This document shows, piece after piece, positions 31,789 to 43,899 of a stretch of DNA of 64,000 bases; position 1 is the first letter of the stretch, and each line of letters starts with the position of its first letter. Below the pieces are notes generated by a model that had not been told where the DNA came from, made no database searches, and was given only the letters and a program-made list of their open reading frames with translations. The stretch comes from an uncultured Gammaproteobacteria bacterium. GTDB taxonomy: Bacteria; Pseudomonadota; Gammaproteobacteria; UBA9214. The stretch covers positions 21,477 through 85,476 of the forward strand of contig CAVXNM010000078.1 in assembly GCA_963763115.1 (NCBI GenBank), in the 5' to 3' direction. Made by a program: the position numbers and the translations under genes.

Positions 31789-31924
31789 ACTCATTGCCGC
31801 CAAATGGAATTGCAAAACATTCTCAGTCTACATCGACCGGCGCTTCAGCAACTGTGTTATGCTTTTTTGCACACCGGAACAACAACAATTGCCTGGGCGA
31901 TGCCCGGCATGAACCGGAGGGACC

Positions 31925-32284
31925 ATGCGAAACAAACCGTCCACCCCACCGCAAGATTTTGATGCCTGGTCAGCCCTGGCCAAGTCAAACCCACAGGCAT
32001 TCGAGGATTGCCGGGACCGGATCATTAATGAAGCTATCCTGCGCGCCCCGGCACGCAAGCAACTACGTCTGCGCCGGATGCAATGGAAGCTGAACCAGAT
32101 ACGCAAGACCTCACGCACGCCCATGATCGCCTGCCTGCGGATGAACCGGATGTTATGGGAGGCGGTGATCGGTGACAAAGGGCTGCTCGACTGCCTGCTC
32201 CACCCGGATAGCTCACGACGACGTCCTGATGCCGTGAAGGACAAGCCTACGGCAAGGATCATCCCTTTCGGGCAATCCCGCTAG
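31925..32284 (+). CDS. DUF3135-like small protein
   Basis: [50 protein letters not shown] is the pattern recalled for DUF3135. Confidence 0.5.
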   Translation: MRNKPSTPPQDFDAWSALAKSNPQAFEDCRDRIINEAILRAPARKQLRLRRMQWKLNQIRKTSRTPMIACLRMNRMLWEAVIGDKGLLDCLLHPDSSRRRPDAVKDKPTARIIPFGQSR

Positions 32285-32397
32285 GCACTTGCCGTACGCC
32301 AGTCTATAAAGTACTATACGCGACCTTTTCAGGGGTGCCCAGCATTTGTCCTGCACGCCCAGTCAGAAGGCGAAAAGCCGATATTTTCGAGGAAGTT

Positions 32398-32604
32398 ATG
32401 AAATCCAACATCCATCCCGCATACGGGGATATCAAGGTTACCTGCAGTTGCGGCTCGATCTTTGAAACGCGCTCAACGGTAGGCAGGGACCTCAATATCG
32501 AGGTGTGCTCGCAATGCCATCCGTTTTACACCGGCAAACAGAAGATCGTCGACTCCGGCGGCCGCGTGGACAAGTTCCGCCGCCGCTACGGGAAAAACAA
32601 GTAG
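32398..32604 (+). CDS. rpmE: 50S ribosomal protein L31 (zinc-binding type)
   Basis: [20 protein letters not shown]...[23 protein letters not shown]. Confidence 0.92.
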   Translation: MKSNIHPAYGDIKVTCSCGSIFETRSTVGRDLNIEVCSQCHPFYTGKQKIVDSGGRVDKFRRRYGKNK

Positions 32605-32639
32605 GTCGTTACCCGTGCGCAACAAATTGCGACCAGGGG

Positions 32640-33452
32640 GTGTCCTTACGGGACGCCCCTTTTGCTTTCGGTCGCAGGCTGTTTGCGCTCCTTCTTTGCT
32701 GTTGCTCGACAACAGTCAGTGCGACCGACTGCCCTGCCATCCGGGCCCGCGAGCAGGTAGAAGTGGCCTATGTCTACGACGGCGACACTGTCAAGCTGGC
32801 GGATGGGCGCAAGCTGCGCTTCATAGGCATCAATACGCCGGAAATCGGCCGGCACGGCAAGGCAAACCAGGCGCTCGCGTCACAGGCTCGGTCCTTCCTG
32901 GATGACCTTCTCAACGCACACAATCGCACACTGACCCTGCAGTCCGGCGCCGAGGAACACGATCATTACGGTCGTCTGCTGGCTCATGCGTTCCTGGAGA
33001 ATGGCAGCAATGTCGCCGTGCAACTACTGGATGCGGGTCTGGCAACGACGCTCATTGTGCCGCCCGACACCTGGGCAGTCGATTGCTATCAGCAACACGA
33101 AAACAGCGCCCGCGCCGGCCGCCGCGGTCTATGGTCACTGCCAGCCTATCAGCCACAGGACAGCACCTCCCTGCAACGGGACACGAAAGGGTTTCACATC
33201 GTACACGGCCGGGTCACGGCGATCCGCCACACCCGTTACACCGTGTGGCTGGATCTGGAAGGAATGCTCACAGCGCGCGTTTCTACAAGTGACCTCTCCA
33301 ACTTCAGACCTGGATATCTCGACAATCTGGAAGGCGAATTGGTAGAATTACGCGGCTGGATCAAGACAGGCAGTTACGGGCTGAGAGTAACCGTGCGGCA
33401 CCCGGCGGCGCTCCAGATGCTTGTCACGGGAGCATCCCCCCGTTCAAAATGA
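32640..33452 (+). CDS. staphylococcal-nuclease-like (thermonuclease family) secreted nuclease
   Basis: YDGDTVKL...LRFIGINTPE...YGRLLAH SNase motifs. The signal peptide RRLFALLLCCC implies a GTG start around 32640. The ORF frame overlaps rpmE upstream. Confidence 0.6.
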   Translation: MSLRDAPFAFGRRLFALLLCCCSTTVSATDCPAIRAREQVEVAYVYDGDTVKLADGRKLRFIGINTPEIGRHGKANQALASQARSFLDDLLNAHNRTLTLQSGAEEHDHYGRLLAHAFLENGSNVAVQLLDAGLATTLIVPPDTWAVDCYQQHENSARAGRRGLWSLPAYQPQDSTSLQRDTKGFHIVHGRVTAIRHTRYTVWLDLEGMLTARVSTSDLSNFRPGYLDNLEGELVELRGWIKTGSYGLRVTVRHPAALQMLVTGASPRSK

Positions 33453-33563
33453 CGCACACCCTGCATCGAGACAGATGGCACTCCATTCAGGTTCGGTCGT
33501 ACACCGCCGTCTATACTTACATGCAGTCGAAATCACTCGAGTCACCTGCCGGCGAAGAACAGC

Positions 33564-34487
33564 ATGAACAAGATAAGCATAATTGGCGGTGCAGGTCGCG
33601 TCGGTGAAACAACCGCCCTGGTCATCGCAGAGCAAGGACTGTGCCGTGAAGTGGCGCTTCTGGATGTAGGCGAGGGAGCCGCAGAAGGTGCTGCGCAGGA
33701 CATCCAGCAATCCGCATCGTTTTTCAGATTTGATGTGCAGATCCATGGCGATCACGACCCGGCGATTATCATCGATTCCGACCTGGTCATAGTCACTGCG
33801 GGTTCGCCGCGAAAACCGGGCATGTCCCGCAGCGATGTACTCCAGACCAATCGGGCCGTCATCGACGATATTATCGACCAGGTACTGCAATACGCTCCCC
33901 ACGCCTTGCTGCTGCTGGTTACGAACCCTGTCGTTGCCCTGACCTGGCATGCCTGGAAACGGACGGGCTGGAACCGGAGCCGTGTGTTCGGCCAGGGAGG
34001 CGTTCTCGACGCCTCTCGCATGGCCAATTCCATTGCGCAGGAAACCGGCTTGTCCTCCAGGGACATACACACACTGGTCATCGGCGGCCATGACGACACC
34101 ATGGTGCCCTTGTTCCGCTTCAGCAGCATCAGTGGCATACCGGTATCGAAGTTCCTGGACCCGGTGGCCACCGAACGAGTGGCCGAGCACACCCGCAACG
34201 GCGGAGCGGAGGTGCTGGCCCTGAGAAAAACCAGCAGCGCCTATAACGCCCCGGCAGCTGCGATCGCCACCATGGTTGACGCTATCAGCCATGACCGCAA
34301 ACGCATCCTGCCCTGCGTCTGTGTGCTGGACGGTGAATACGGGGAACGCGACGTGACCGTTGGTGTGCCTGCGGTTCTTGGAAGCCAGGGCGTGGAAAAA
34401 GTTATCGAACTGGACATGAACGAACGAGAACTGGCCGCCTTCAGACACTCTCTTGGCGGAATTCGCACCAGTATCGATCTCCTGTAG
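33564..34487 (+). CDS. mdh: malate dehydrogenase (LDH-like family)
   Basis: MNKISIIGGAGRVG, VIVTAGSPRKPGMSR and TNPVV motifs. Confidence 0.9.
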   Translation: MNKISIIGGAGRVGETTALVIAEQGLCREVALLDVGEGAAEGAAQDIQQSASFFRFDVQIHGDHDPAIIIDSDLVIVTAGSPRKPGMSRSDVLQTNRAVIDDIIDQVLQYAPHALLLLVTNPVVALTWHAWKRTGWNRSRVFGQGGVLDASRMANSIAQETGLSSRDIHTLVIGGHDDTMVPLFRFSSISGIPVSKFLDPVATERVAEHTRNGGAEVLALRKTSSAYNAPAAAIATMVDAISHDRKRILPCVCVLDGEYGERDVTVGVPAVLGSQGVEKVIELDMNERELAAFRHSLGGIRTSIDLL

Positions 34488-34538
34488 ACGACGGACGAGC
34501 GGGCCCTAGCCCGAATATCTCACCGGGCAGCGGCAGTC

Positions 34539-36932
34539 CTAGAACAACTGCTCCACACTGCCGCTTTCCGGGCGGGAACCCGAGCCCGCGGCCCGACTTT
34601 CTACACTGAGTTGCGGAACCTCGGCTTCCCGAAACGTCTCAAAAATTGCATCTGATTGACCGCCGCGGGCCAGCAGCCCTGTATTCGGATCAATGCGCAC
34701 GGTCACCAACCCCTCCGGTTGCTCCCGTTTTTCGTTCGCCGTGCCGGCCAACGCCGTACCCATGTACTGCATCCACATCGGCAGGGCCGCATGGCTCCCG
34801 GTTTCAGCCCGCCCCAAGGGGTCAAGCTTGTCAAAACCCACCCATGTCGTCGTTACCAGTGACGGGTTATAGCCACAGAACCAGGCATCCTTCTGATCAT
34901 TCGTGGTGCCGGTCTTGCCGGAGAGGTCGCTACGCCCCAGTTCGATCGCACGCCGACCGGTTCCCCGCTGTATGACATCCTGCAGCATGGAATTCATCAG
35001 CCAGGCATTCTGGGGGGTAATAACCGCTTCGGCAAGGTTGAGTCTGGTGTCCGCCGCATCGACAATGCTCTCGATGTTCTGCGGGCAATCAGGACACACT
35101 ACACGAGGTCGGGCCGAATAGATAACCTGTCCCTGGGCATCCTGAATGCGCCGTATGAAATAGGGGTCCACCAGGTAACCACCATTGGCAAACACGGCAT
35201 AGGCCCGGGCCATCTGCAGCGGCGTTACCGATGCGCTACCCAAAGCCAGGGTCAGATCGTGGGGCAATTGCGACGACTCGAAACCGAATCGCTCCGCGTA
35301 TTGCGCGGCGTAGCTTGCCCCTATGGACTGCAGGATACGAACCGACACCAGGTTACGGGAAAGATACAATGCCTTTCTGAGTCGCGTAGGACCGTAAAAT
35401 TTCCCGCTGTAGTTCTCTGGTCGCCAGGTCGATTCAAGGGCGTTATCATCGAAGACGACCGGCGCATCATTGATGATGCTTGCCGGGGTAAACCCCTTCT
35501 CCAGCGCGGCTGAATAAATGATCGGCTTGAAACTGGAGCCCGGCTGGCGCATGGCCTGCGTCGCCCGGTTGAACTTGCTCAAGCTGAAATCAAACCCACC
35601 AACCAGAGCGACCACCGCACCGTCATCGGGCCGGAGTGAAACCAGAGCACCCTGCACCTGAGGCAGCTGGGTCAACCGCCATTTACCTTCCTTATAGGTC
35701 TCGACCCTTATGATGTCACCAACAGCGGCAACATTTTCCGCCTTTTCGGGGGCCTTACCCGTCCGGTTGACGCTCTTGTAGAGGCTAGCCCATGACAGCC
35801 CATCCCATTCTATGGTGATCGTCAGCCCGCTGCGCAGTAGTACCTCAACCGAGCGATCCTCCACGGAAGTAACCAGTCCTGCCTCAATATCGCTCCGGGG
35901 CGGATAATCGGCCAGCAATCCGGGCCATGCGTCAACGGCAACGCCTGCCAGGTCAACATGACCCTCAGGACCCCGGTACCCGTGCCGGTGGCTGTATTCC
36001 AGCAAGGTATCGTGCAGCGCCCGATTCGCCGCTGTCTGGAGTGATGATTCAACCGTTGTAACCACGTCGAAGCCAGATGTATATGCTTCCTCCCCATAGC
36101 GTTGCACTATCTCATCCCGCACCATCTCGGCCAGATAGGGAGCCCGCACATCCACCTGGACGGTATGCAGGGAGGCATCGTCCACCTCGGTCAGGGCTTT
36201 CTTATAGACATCGCCGTCGATATACCCGAGGCTGTACATACGCCCCAGCACGTAGTTCCGGCGCGCCAGCGCCGCTTCTGGATTGTTGACCGGGTTGACG
36301 CGTGAGGGTGCCTTGGGCAGGGCAGCTATCATTGCCATCCTGGCAACGCTCAGTTCATGGATATCGACACCATAATAAACCCGGGCAGCGGCCTCCACGC
36401 CATAGGCACGATGCCCCAGGTAAATCTTGTTGAGATAGAGCTCGAGAATTTCCTGCTTGCTTAGCGAATGCTCGATTCTGAATGCAAGGAGAATCTCGTT
36501 CAGCTTGCGTAAATAGGTCTTTTCTGTTGTGAGGAAAAAATTACGCGCGACCTGCATGGTAATGGTACTGCCACCCTGGCGTTTCTGGCCCGTGCGCAGC
36601 AGTTCTATCCCGGCCCGTAGCAAACCCTGAATATCAACCCCGGGATGCTCGAAGAAGCGATCATCTTCAGCCGCCAGGAATGCGTGTACCAGGACCGGCG
36701 GTACATTTTCAATCTGCACGGGTGTACGCCGTTTTTCTCCAAACTCTGCCATCAACTTGCGATCGCTGGTATAAATACGCAGCGGCACCTGCAATTGAAC
36801 ATCCTTGAGCAGATCAATCGAAGGCAGTTGAGGTTCGATTTTGACGAACATAACGACTGACAGGATCAAAAACACAATAGTCAGAGTAAATACGGCGGAA
36901 AGCAAAAAACGCCCAAGATGTCTAAAAATCAT
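34539..36932 (-). CDS. mrcA: penicillin-binding protein 1A (bifunctional glycosyltransferase/transpeptidase)
   Basis: N-terminal TM, GT51 motifs (EDDRFFEHPGVD, RNYFLT), and transpeptidase SxxK/SxN/KTG. Divergent from pilM, as in Pseudomonas ponA. Confidence 0.9.
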   Translation of the reverse strand: MIFRHLGRFLLSAVFTLTIVFLILSVVMFVKIEPQLPSIDLLKDVQLQVPLRIYTSDRKLMAEFGEKRRTPVQIENVPPVLVHAFLAAEDDRFFEHPGVDIQGLLRAGIELLRTGQKRQGGSTITMQVARNFFLTTEKTYLRKLNEILLAFRIEHSLSKQEILELYLNKIYLGHRAYGVEAAARVYYGVDIHELSVARMAMIAALPKAPSRVNPVNNPEAALARRNYVLGRMYSLGYIDGDVYKKALTEVDDASLHTVQVDVRAPYLAEMVRDEIVQRYGEEAYTSGFDVVTTVESSLQTAANRALHDTLLEYSHRHGYRGPEGHVDLAGVAVDAWPGLLADYPPRSDIEAGLVTSVEDRSVEVLLRSGLTITIEWDGLSWASLYKSVNRTGKAPEKAENVAAVGDIIRVETYKEGKWRLTQLPQVQGALVSLRPDDGAVVALVGGFDFSLSKFNRATQAMRQPGSSFKPIIYSAALEKGFTPASIINDAPVVFDDNALESTWRPENYSGKFYGPTRLRKALYLSRNLVSVRILQSIGASYAAQYAERFGFESSQLPHDLTLALGSASVTPLQMARAYAVFANGGYLVDPYFIRRIQDAQGQVIYSARPRVVCPDCPQNIESIVDAADTRLNLAEAVITPQNAWLMNSMLQDVIQRGTGRRAIELGRSDLSGKTGTTNDQKDAWFCGYNPSLVTTTWVGFDKLDPLGRAETGSHAALPMWMQYMGTALAGTANEKREQPEGLVTVRIDPNTGLLARGGQSDAIFETFREAEVPQLSVESRAAGSGSRPESGSVEQLF

Positions 36933-37150
36933 GATGGTGCGGAAATCCTGTGATGGGAATCATAGAATAGGCCGGAAGGAATGCATATAAAAGAAATCGG
37001 TCGGTGGAAGTTTAAAATTTTTCTCAACCCGGGGGGAGTTCGTCCGATAACTAACACCACAGTATGCAATTGAGCATGCACTTTGGTTGACAAACAGTTG
37101 GCAATGCTCTCTAATGCGCCGAACTACCTTATCTGTCCAACAGTGGGTAA

Positions 37151-38236
<1,086 letters not shown>

Positions 38237-38237
38237 C

Positions 38238-38822
38238 ATGGCAAAGATCAACCTGCTCCCATGGCGTGAAGAGCTACGCAAGCAGAAACAGCGTGAATTT
38301 GTAATATCTGCAGCCGGCGGCGCTCTAGTCGCAGCGCTGATTGTATTGCTGGCCCATTTTCACATTGACGGTCTTATTGACAATCAGAATCAGCGCAACG
38401 AATTCCTGAAGGCGCAGATCACGATCCTCGACCAGCGCATTGGCAGGATCAAGGAACTTGAGAAGATGAAGGCCGATCTCCTCGCTCGAATGAATGTCAT
38501 TCAGGAATTGCAGCGCAGCAGGCCAGAAAGCGTACATTTGATGGACGAACTGGTTCGCACTCTGCCAGACGGCGTTTATCTGAAATCCTTCACACAGAAA
38601 GGTAGAAGCCTGGATATGGGCGGTGTCGCTCAATCAAATGCCAGGGTATCTGACTATATGCGCAATATTGACGCATCCGACTGGCTGACAGCACCGCGTC
38701 TGGACCTGATCAAGACCACTGAAGTGAACCGTACCCGGGTTGCCAACTTCAACCTGCGCGGCAAGCAGAAAACACACAAGCCCCAGAGTGACGAGGCCGG
38801 TCAGAAAGAGGGTGGCTCATGA
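38238..38822 (+). CDS. pilN: type IV pilus assembly protein PilN
   Basis: MAKINLLPWREELRKQ, a single TM, and operon position. Confidence 0.85.
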   Translation: MAKINLLPWREELRKQKQREFVISAAGGALVAALIVLLAHFHIDGLIDNQNQRNEFLKAQITILDQRIGRIKELEKMKADLLARMNVIQELQRSRPESVHLMDELVRTLPDGVYLKSFTQKGRSLDMGGVAQSNARVSDYMRNIDASDWLTAPRLDLIKTTEVNRTRVANFNLRGKQKTHKPQSDEAGQKEGGS

Positions 38823-39454
38823 ACTTCGACCTGAATGATCTAGATCTGTCCAATATTTCCCGCTGGCCGGCCGCTGCCCGTGTGGTTGTGATTCTGTTCA
38901 TTATGGGTGGCGTGATCTTTCTGGGCTACTGGTTCCATATAAAGGACCAGATGGCGGTACTCCAGGCAGCCGAGCAGAAAGAACTCGACCTGAAGGTCAT
39001 ATTCGAGAAGAAAGCCCAGCAGGCAGCCAACCTGGAAGCCTACGAACAACAACTGACGGAGATGCGTGAATCCTTTGGTGCCATGCTGCGCCAGTTACCC
39101 AACAAAACCGAGGTTGCGGATTTGCTGGTTGACGTCTCGCAAACGGGTCTGGCAAGCGGGCTGGAATTTGAACTATTCAAACCCGGGGCTGAAATTCCCC
39201 AGGAATTCTATGCCGTGCTGCCCATCAGCATTCGCGTCATAGGTACATACCATGAGTTCGGGGATTTTGTCAGCGGTGTTGCCGCCCTTCCCCGTATCGT
39301 AACACTACATAATATAAGCATTAAAAAACGGGGCAAAGGGGATAACGCACTCCTTGTCATGGATATGACCGCCAAAACCTATCGCTATCTGGAGGAAAGC
39401 GAACGTCCGCAAGAGAAAAAGGCTGGCGGAAAGAAGGGAGGCCGCAAGAAATGA
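38819..39454 (+). CDS. pilO: type IV pilus assembly protein PilO
   Basis: Single TM plus coiled coil. Operon position. Confidence 0.82.
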   Translation: MNFDLNDLDLSNISRWPAAARVVVILFIMGGVIFLGYWFHIKDQMAVLQAAEQKELDLKVIFEKKAQQAANLEAYEQQLTEMRESFGAMLRQLPNKTEVADLLVDVSQTGLASGLEFELFKPGAEIPQEFYAVLPISIRVIGTYHEFGDFVSGVAALPRIVTLHNISIKKRGKGDNALLVMDMTAKTYRYLEESERPQEKKAGGKKGGRKK

Positions 39455-39990
39455 TTAGGGATCGCAAGTACCTGCATTGGCTGGCTATGGCATCCGTGGC
39501 GTGCATGATTGCAGCCTGCTCGAACAACCCAACGGCCGACCTGGAAACCTACGTTGCGGATATTAAAAGCCAGCAAAAATCTTCCATAGAACCGCTGCCC
39601 GAGTTCGAGCCCTTTGAATCATTCGCCTATCAGGCCAATGAACTGCGCGACCCATTCACGCAGCCGGTCTTCTCGCACCCACCCGCTGCTGTGGCACAGA
39701 CCGGCGGTAGTGGAATCAAACCCGACTTCGATCGCCCTACCGAACCTCTTGAGGAGTATCCGCTGGACAGCTTGCGCATGGTTGGAACCATGGAGAAGGG
39801 TCAGGAAACCTGGGCGCTGATACTTGACAAGGATGATGCTATCCATCGCGTGCAACCCGGAAATTATATGGGCCAGAACCACGGCAAGATCACTAGGGTT
39901 ACAGAATTTGAAGTTGAACTTACGGAAATCATTCCTGATGGACTCGGAGGCTGGATGGAACGCCAGGCTTCCATTGCAATCAGCGAATAA
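39451..39990 (+). CDS. pilP: type IV pilus assembly lipoprotein PilP
   Basis: Lipobox MIAACS. Operon position. Confidence 0.8.
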   Translation: MIRDRKYLHWLAMASVACMIAACSNNPTADLETYVADIKSQQKSSIEPLPEFEPFESFAYQANELRDPFTQPVFSHPPAAVAQTGGSGIKPDFDRPTEPLEEYPLDSLRMVGTMEKGQETWALILDKDDAIHRVQPGNYMGQNHGKITRVTEFEVELTEIIPDGLGGWMERQASIAISE

Positions 39991-40008
39991 TCCCACGGGG
40001 GAATCGCA

Positions 40009-42159
40009 ATGACCGGAAATAGCACTCGCAGACCAGTGGCATACGCAGCAAAACTAGTCGACTCCACGAGAAGATTGGCCAGAGGCGGTCGGGCTCTCCT
40101 GCTGATTACTGGCTACATACTGATCGGCGTCAGTATTACTAACGCCTATGCGGGCGAGCAGACCGCAACAAACTCGCTGAAATCAGTCGAATTTGCCGGT
40201 CTTCCGGGCAACAAGACGCAGATCGTCCTGACGTTGAGCAATACCGCAACAGCGCCGTTGAGCTTCACCATCGATAATCCGGCACGCATTGCGCTGGACT
40301 TTCCCGCCACAAAGAACGACCTTGCCCAACGCACCCAGAGCATCGGCATCGGTATGGCAGACAGCATGACCGCTATTGAGGCTCAGGGACGCACCCGGGT
40401 CGTGGTCAACCTGGTAGAAATGGTACCGTACGAAGCACATACCGAAGGCAACAAGGTCGTGCTGACCATACAGGGCGGTGGCAAGGAAGAAAGCGTCGCC
40501 AGCGCGGCGGTAACCTCAGCCAAGGGCGGTGCACGCCCCCAGATTAAGAATGTCGACTTCCGGCGCGGTGAACATGGCGAGGGCCGCGTTATTGTAAGTC
40601 TCTCCGACCCCTCGATTCCGGTGGACATCCAGCAGGAAGGCGGTAATGTAGTCGTTGACTTCTATCGCGCCATACTGCCCGGTGATCTGGCACGGCGCCT
40701 GGACGTACTGGACTTCGCCACGCCTGTAAAGACTATCGATACTTTCACCAAGGGCGATAATGTACACATGGTTATCACACCGATGGGTGAGTACGATTAC
40801 CTCGCCTATCAGTCCAATGACGAATTCACCATTGAAGTCAAGGCGATAACCAAGGAAGAGGCGGAAGAGCGTAAAAAGGATGAGTTTGGCTACAAGGGCG
40901 AGCGCCTGTCCCTTAATTTCCAGGACATCGAGGTGCGCTCCGTTCTGCAGCTCATCGCGGATTTCACCGGAATCAACATCGTGGTCAGTGATACGGTCAA
41001 GGGCAGCCTGACTCTGCGTCTCAAGAACGTCCCCTGGGACCAGGCACTGGACCTGATCCTGAAAACCAAGGGTCTTGCGATGCGTCAAACCGGCAACGTC
41101 ATGCTGATTGCACCCAGCGAGGAAATTGCCGCCCGGGAAAAACTTGAACTCGAGTCCCAGAAGCAGATCAAGCAACTGGAGCCGCTCTATTCGGAATTCA
41201 TCCAGGTCAATTATGCCAAGGCCGCCGATATCGCGAAGCTGCTGAAGAGTTCCGATACCTCGCTGCTCTCCGACCGCGGCACGGCAACGATAGATGAACG
41301 CACCAACACCTTGCTGGTTCAGGATACCGCCAGCAAGCTCGCGGATATACGTAAATTGGTAGCGCGACTGGACATCCCCGTCAGGCAGGTGCTGATCGAA
41401 TCACGCATCGTGATTGCCAATAATAACTTTGCGAGGGATCTGGGCGTGAAGTTCGGCTACAGCAAGACGGTTGACTACAATGACGATCACGTCCTGGTCG
41501 TCGGCGGCAAACAGCCAGGTGACCTTATTACAAACCCTGTAACCCCCTTCGAGGTGCCGGCTGGCAGCAGCATTACCGGCCTGATCACCGATCTCGGTGT
41601 TACCAACCCGACAGGTTCAATCGGACTTGCCGTCGGCAAGCTGGGAAGCCACCTGCTGCAGCTGGAACTCAATGCCATGGAGGCGGAAGGACAAGGTGAG
41701 GTCATTTCCAGTCCCCGGGTGCTGACCTCCAACCAGAAGGAAGCCTATATCGAGGCAGGCACCGAAATACCCTATCAGGAGGCCTCATCCAGCGGCGCCA
41801 CCAGCACGTCCTTCAAGAAGGCCGTCCTCAGCCTGAAAGTCACGCCGCAAATCACGCCAGATGACCGCATCATCATGGACCTCAACGTCAACAAGGACAG
41901 CGTGGGCCGGGTCTTCAACGGCGTTCCCAGCATCGATACCAAGGAGGTGGGCACCCAGGTCCTGGTGGACAATGGCGAAACCCTGGTGCTCGGCGGTATC
42001 TACGAACGGGAAAAGCTGGATGAGGTCGACCGGGTGCCGTTCTTCGGGGAGCTCCCGATGGTCGACTGGCTGTTCAAGACCACGCGGAAGAAAGACGACA
42101 AGTCCGAACTGCTCATCTTCATTACGCCGAAGATCGTCAAGGAAAGCTTCCACCTCTGA
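40009..42159 (+). CDS. pilQ: type IV pilus secretin PilQ
   Basis: AMIN domains, N0/N1 domains and a C-terminal secretin domain (LLIFITPKIV). Confidence 0.88.
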   Translation: MTGNSTRRPVAYAAKLVDSTRRLARGGRALLLITGYILIGVSITNAYAGEQTATNSLKSVEFAGLPGNKTQIVLTLSNTATAPLSFTIDNPARIALDFPATKNDLAQRTQSIGIGMADSMTAIEAQGRTRVVVNLVEMVPYEAHTEGNKVVLTIQGGGKEESVASAAVTSAKGGARPQIKNVDFRRGEHGEGRVIVSLSDPSIPVDIQQEGGNVVVDFYRAILPGDLARRLDVLDFATPVKTIDTFTKGDNVHMVITPMGEYDYLAYQSNDEFTIEVKAITKEEAEERKKDEFGYKGERLSLNFQDIEVRSVLQLIADFTGINIVVSDTVKGSLTLRLKNVPWDQALDLILKTKGLAMRQTGNVMLIAPSEEIAAREKLELESQKQIKQLEPLYSEFIQVNYAKAADIAKLLKSSDTSLLSDRGTATIDERTNTLLVQDTASKLADIRKLVARLDIPVRQVLIESRIVIANNNFARDLGVKFGYSKTVDYNDDHVLVVGGKQPGDLITNPVTPFEVPAGSSITGLITDLGVTNPTGSIGLAVGKLGSHLLQLELNAMEAEGQGEVISSPRVLTSNQKEAYIEAGTEIPYQEASSSGATSTSFKKAVLSLKVTPQITPDDRIIMDLNVNKDSVGRVFNGVPSIDTKEVGTQVLVDNGETLVLGGIYEREKLDEVDRVPFFGELPMVDWLFKTTRKKDDKSELLIFITPKIVKESFHL

Positions 42160-42216
42160 TCCCCAGACGTTCCTGGCGCTTGCCAGCGAACGCAGTTTCT
42201 GGCATACCTGCCCGGC

Positions 42217-42735
42217 ATGAAAACGCCGGGCAGCTTGTTTCTGACAGGCCCCATGGGGGCCGGAAAATCCACCATCGGTCGGCAGCTGTCCAGTCAGCTC
42301 AGAATGAGCTTTTATGACAGTGACCGTGAAATCGAGGATCGGACAGGTGTTGATATCCCTTTGATTTTCGAGCTGGAAGGCGAGCAAGGGTTCCGCAAGC
42401 GGGAACGGCTCGTCATCGATGAGCTGACCTCCCTGTCAAATATTGTCCTCGCCACCGGCGGCGGCGCCATTCTGGATGCTGATAACCGCAAAAACCTGGC
42501 AGAACGCGGTCAGGTGATATACCTGCACGCCTCTGTAAACCAGCAACTCGCACGCACCAAACATGACCGCAATCGGCCCCTACTGCAAACGGATAATCCG
42601 CGCCAGCGTCTGGACGATCTCATGCATCAGCGAGACCCCCTGTACCGCGAGATCGCGGACCTGGTGATCGATACGGATGGCAAACGTGTCATGGCGGTCG
42701 TCAACCAGATCATACGCAAGCTTAAACTGAGATAA
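42217..42735 (+). CDS. aroK: shikimate kinase
   Basis: [16 protein letters not shown] and GGGAIL motifs. Collinear with E. coli AroK. Confidence 0.9.
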   Translation: MKTPGSLFLTGPMGAGKSTIGRQLSSQLRMSFYDSDREIEDRTGVDIPLIFELEGEQGFRKRERLVIDELTSLSNIVLATGGGAILDADNRKNLAERGQVIYLHASVNQQLARTKHDRNRPLLQTDNPRQRLDDLMHQRDPLYREIADLVIDTDGKRVMAVVNQIIRKLKLR

Positions 42736-42817
42736 GCGGTTTATTCTGCGGTTTTTTTGCCCCGCGTATCCATATATCCTATAGGCTGCTTTTTGATTCA
42801 GACGTGGCAATCAGGCG

Positions 42818-43894
42818 ATGAAAACACTGACAGTCTACCTCGGTGAGCGGAGCTACCCCATTCACATCGGACCGGGATTGCTACGGAAACCCGAACTGAT
42901 TACCGAACATATCAGTGGCAGGCAGGTTATGGTGGTCACCAATGAAACCATCGCCCCGCTCTATCTTGACAGCATCATGGAGCTGCTGGTCGGGTTCGAT
43001 CGGGACACGGTCATTCTTCCCGACGGGGAGCAGTACAAGACTATCGAGACCCTGAATTCCGTCTTTACCGGCCTACTCGAGCATCGTTTCAACCGACACT
43101 GCACGCTCGTCGCCCTGGGTGGCGGGGTCATCGGCGATATTACCGGCTTTGCCGCCGCCTGTTATCAGCGGGGCGTGGCCTTTTTGCAGCTACCGACCAC
43201 CCTTCTGGCACAGGTCGATTCATCGGTGGGCGGCAAAACGGGAGTCAACCATCCGTTGGGAAAAAACATGATCGGGGCCTTCCATCAACCCGGTTGTGTA
43301 GTGATCGACACCGATACGCTGGATACACTGGATCAGCGGCAACTGACCGCCGGACTGGCGGAGGTCATCAAGTATGGACTGATCCATGATGCAGGTTTCT
43401 TCGCCTGGCTTGAACAGAATATCGAGCGGCTCAGCGCACGTGACAAGCCATCGCTCGCTTATGCCATAGATCGCTCCTGCACGATCAAGGCGGAAATCGT
43501 CGCCAACGACGAACGTGAAAGCAGCCGGCGCGCCCTGCTCAACCTAGGCCATACCTTCGGTCACGCCATCGAAACCGGGACCGGCTACGGCAACTGGCTG
43601 CATGGTGAGGCCATAGCCGCCGGCATGCTGATGGCGGCCGACCTGTCGGCGCGGCATCAATGGTTAGCGGGATCGGATGTTGAGCGTATCGAGAATTTGC
43701 TGCAACGCGCCGGCCTGCCGACGTCTCCGCCGGAGGCAATGGACGAGGCGCAGTTCATGGATCTCATGGCCATCGACAAGAAAGTTGTGGACGGCGGCTT
43801 GCGGCTCGTCCTGCTAAAGGCGATTGGCAGCGCCGTGATAACCGGTGATTTCAGCGCCACCCTGTTGAGTCAAACATTGACCCGCGCCGCCTGA
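42818..43894 (+). CDS. aroB: 3-dehydroquinate synthase
   Basis: [14 protein letters not shown] and GHTFGHAIE motifs. Confidence 0.9.
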   Translation: MKTLTVYLGERSYPIHIGPGLLRKPELITEHISGRQVMVVTNETIAPLYLDSIMELLVGFDRDTVILPDGEQYKTIETLNSVFTGLLEHRFNRHCTLVALGGGVIGDITGFAAACYQRGVAFLQLPTTLLAQVDSSVGGKTGVNHPLGKNMIGAFHQPGCVVIDTDTLDTLDQRQLTAGLAEVIKYGLIHDAGFFAWLEQNIERLSARDKPSLAYAIDRSCTIKAEIVANDERESSRRALLNLGHTFGHAIETGTGYGNWLHGEAIAAGMLMAADLSARHQWLAGSDVERIENLLQRAGLPTSPPEAMDEAQFMDLMAIDKKVVDGGLRLVLLKAIGSAVITGDFSATLLSQTLTRAA

Positions 43895-43899
43895 CGTCC

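Noticed and set aside
31640-31790. Calling the DnaA-box/AT-rich locus the chromosomal origin (oriC)
   Set aside because: Only three boxes are seen, and no dnaA, gidA, mioC or rpmH context is present. A DnaA-regulated promoter or titration site is at least as likely. Reported as a finding, not as oriC.
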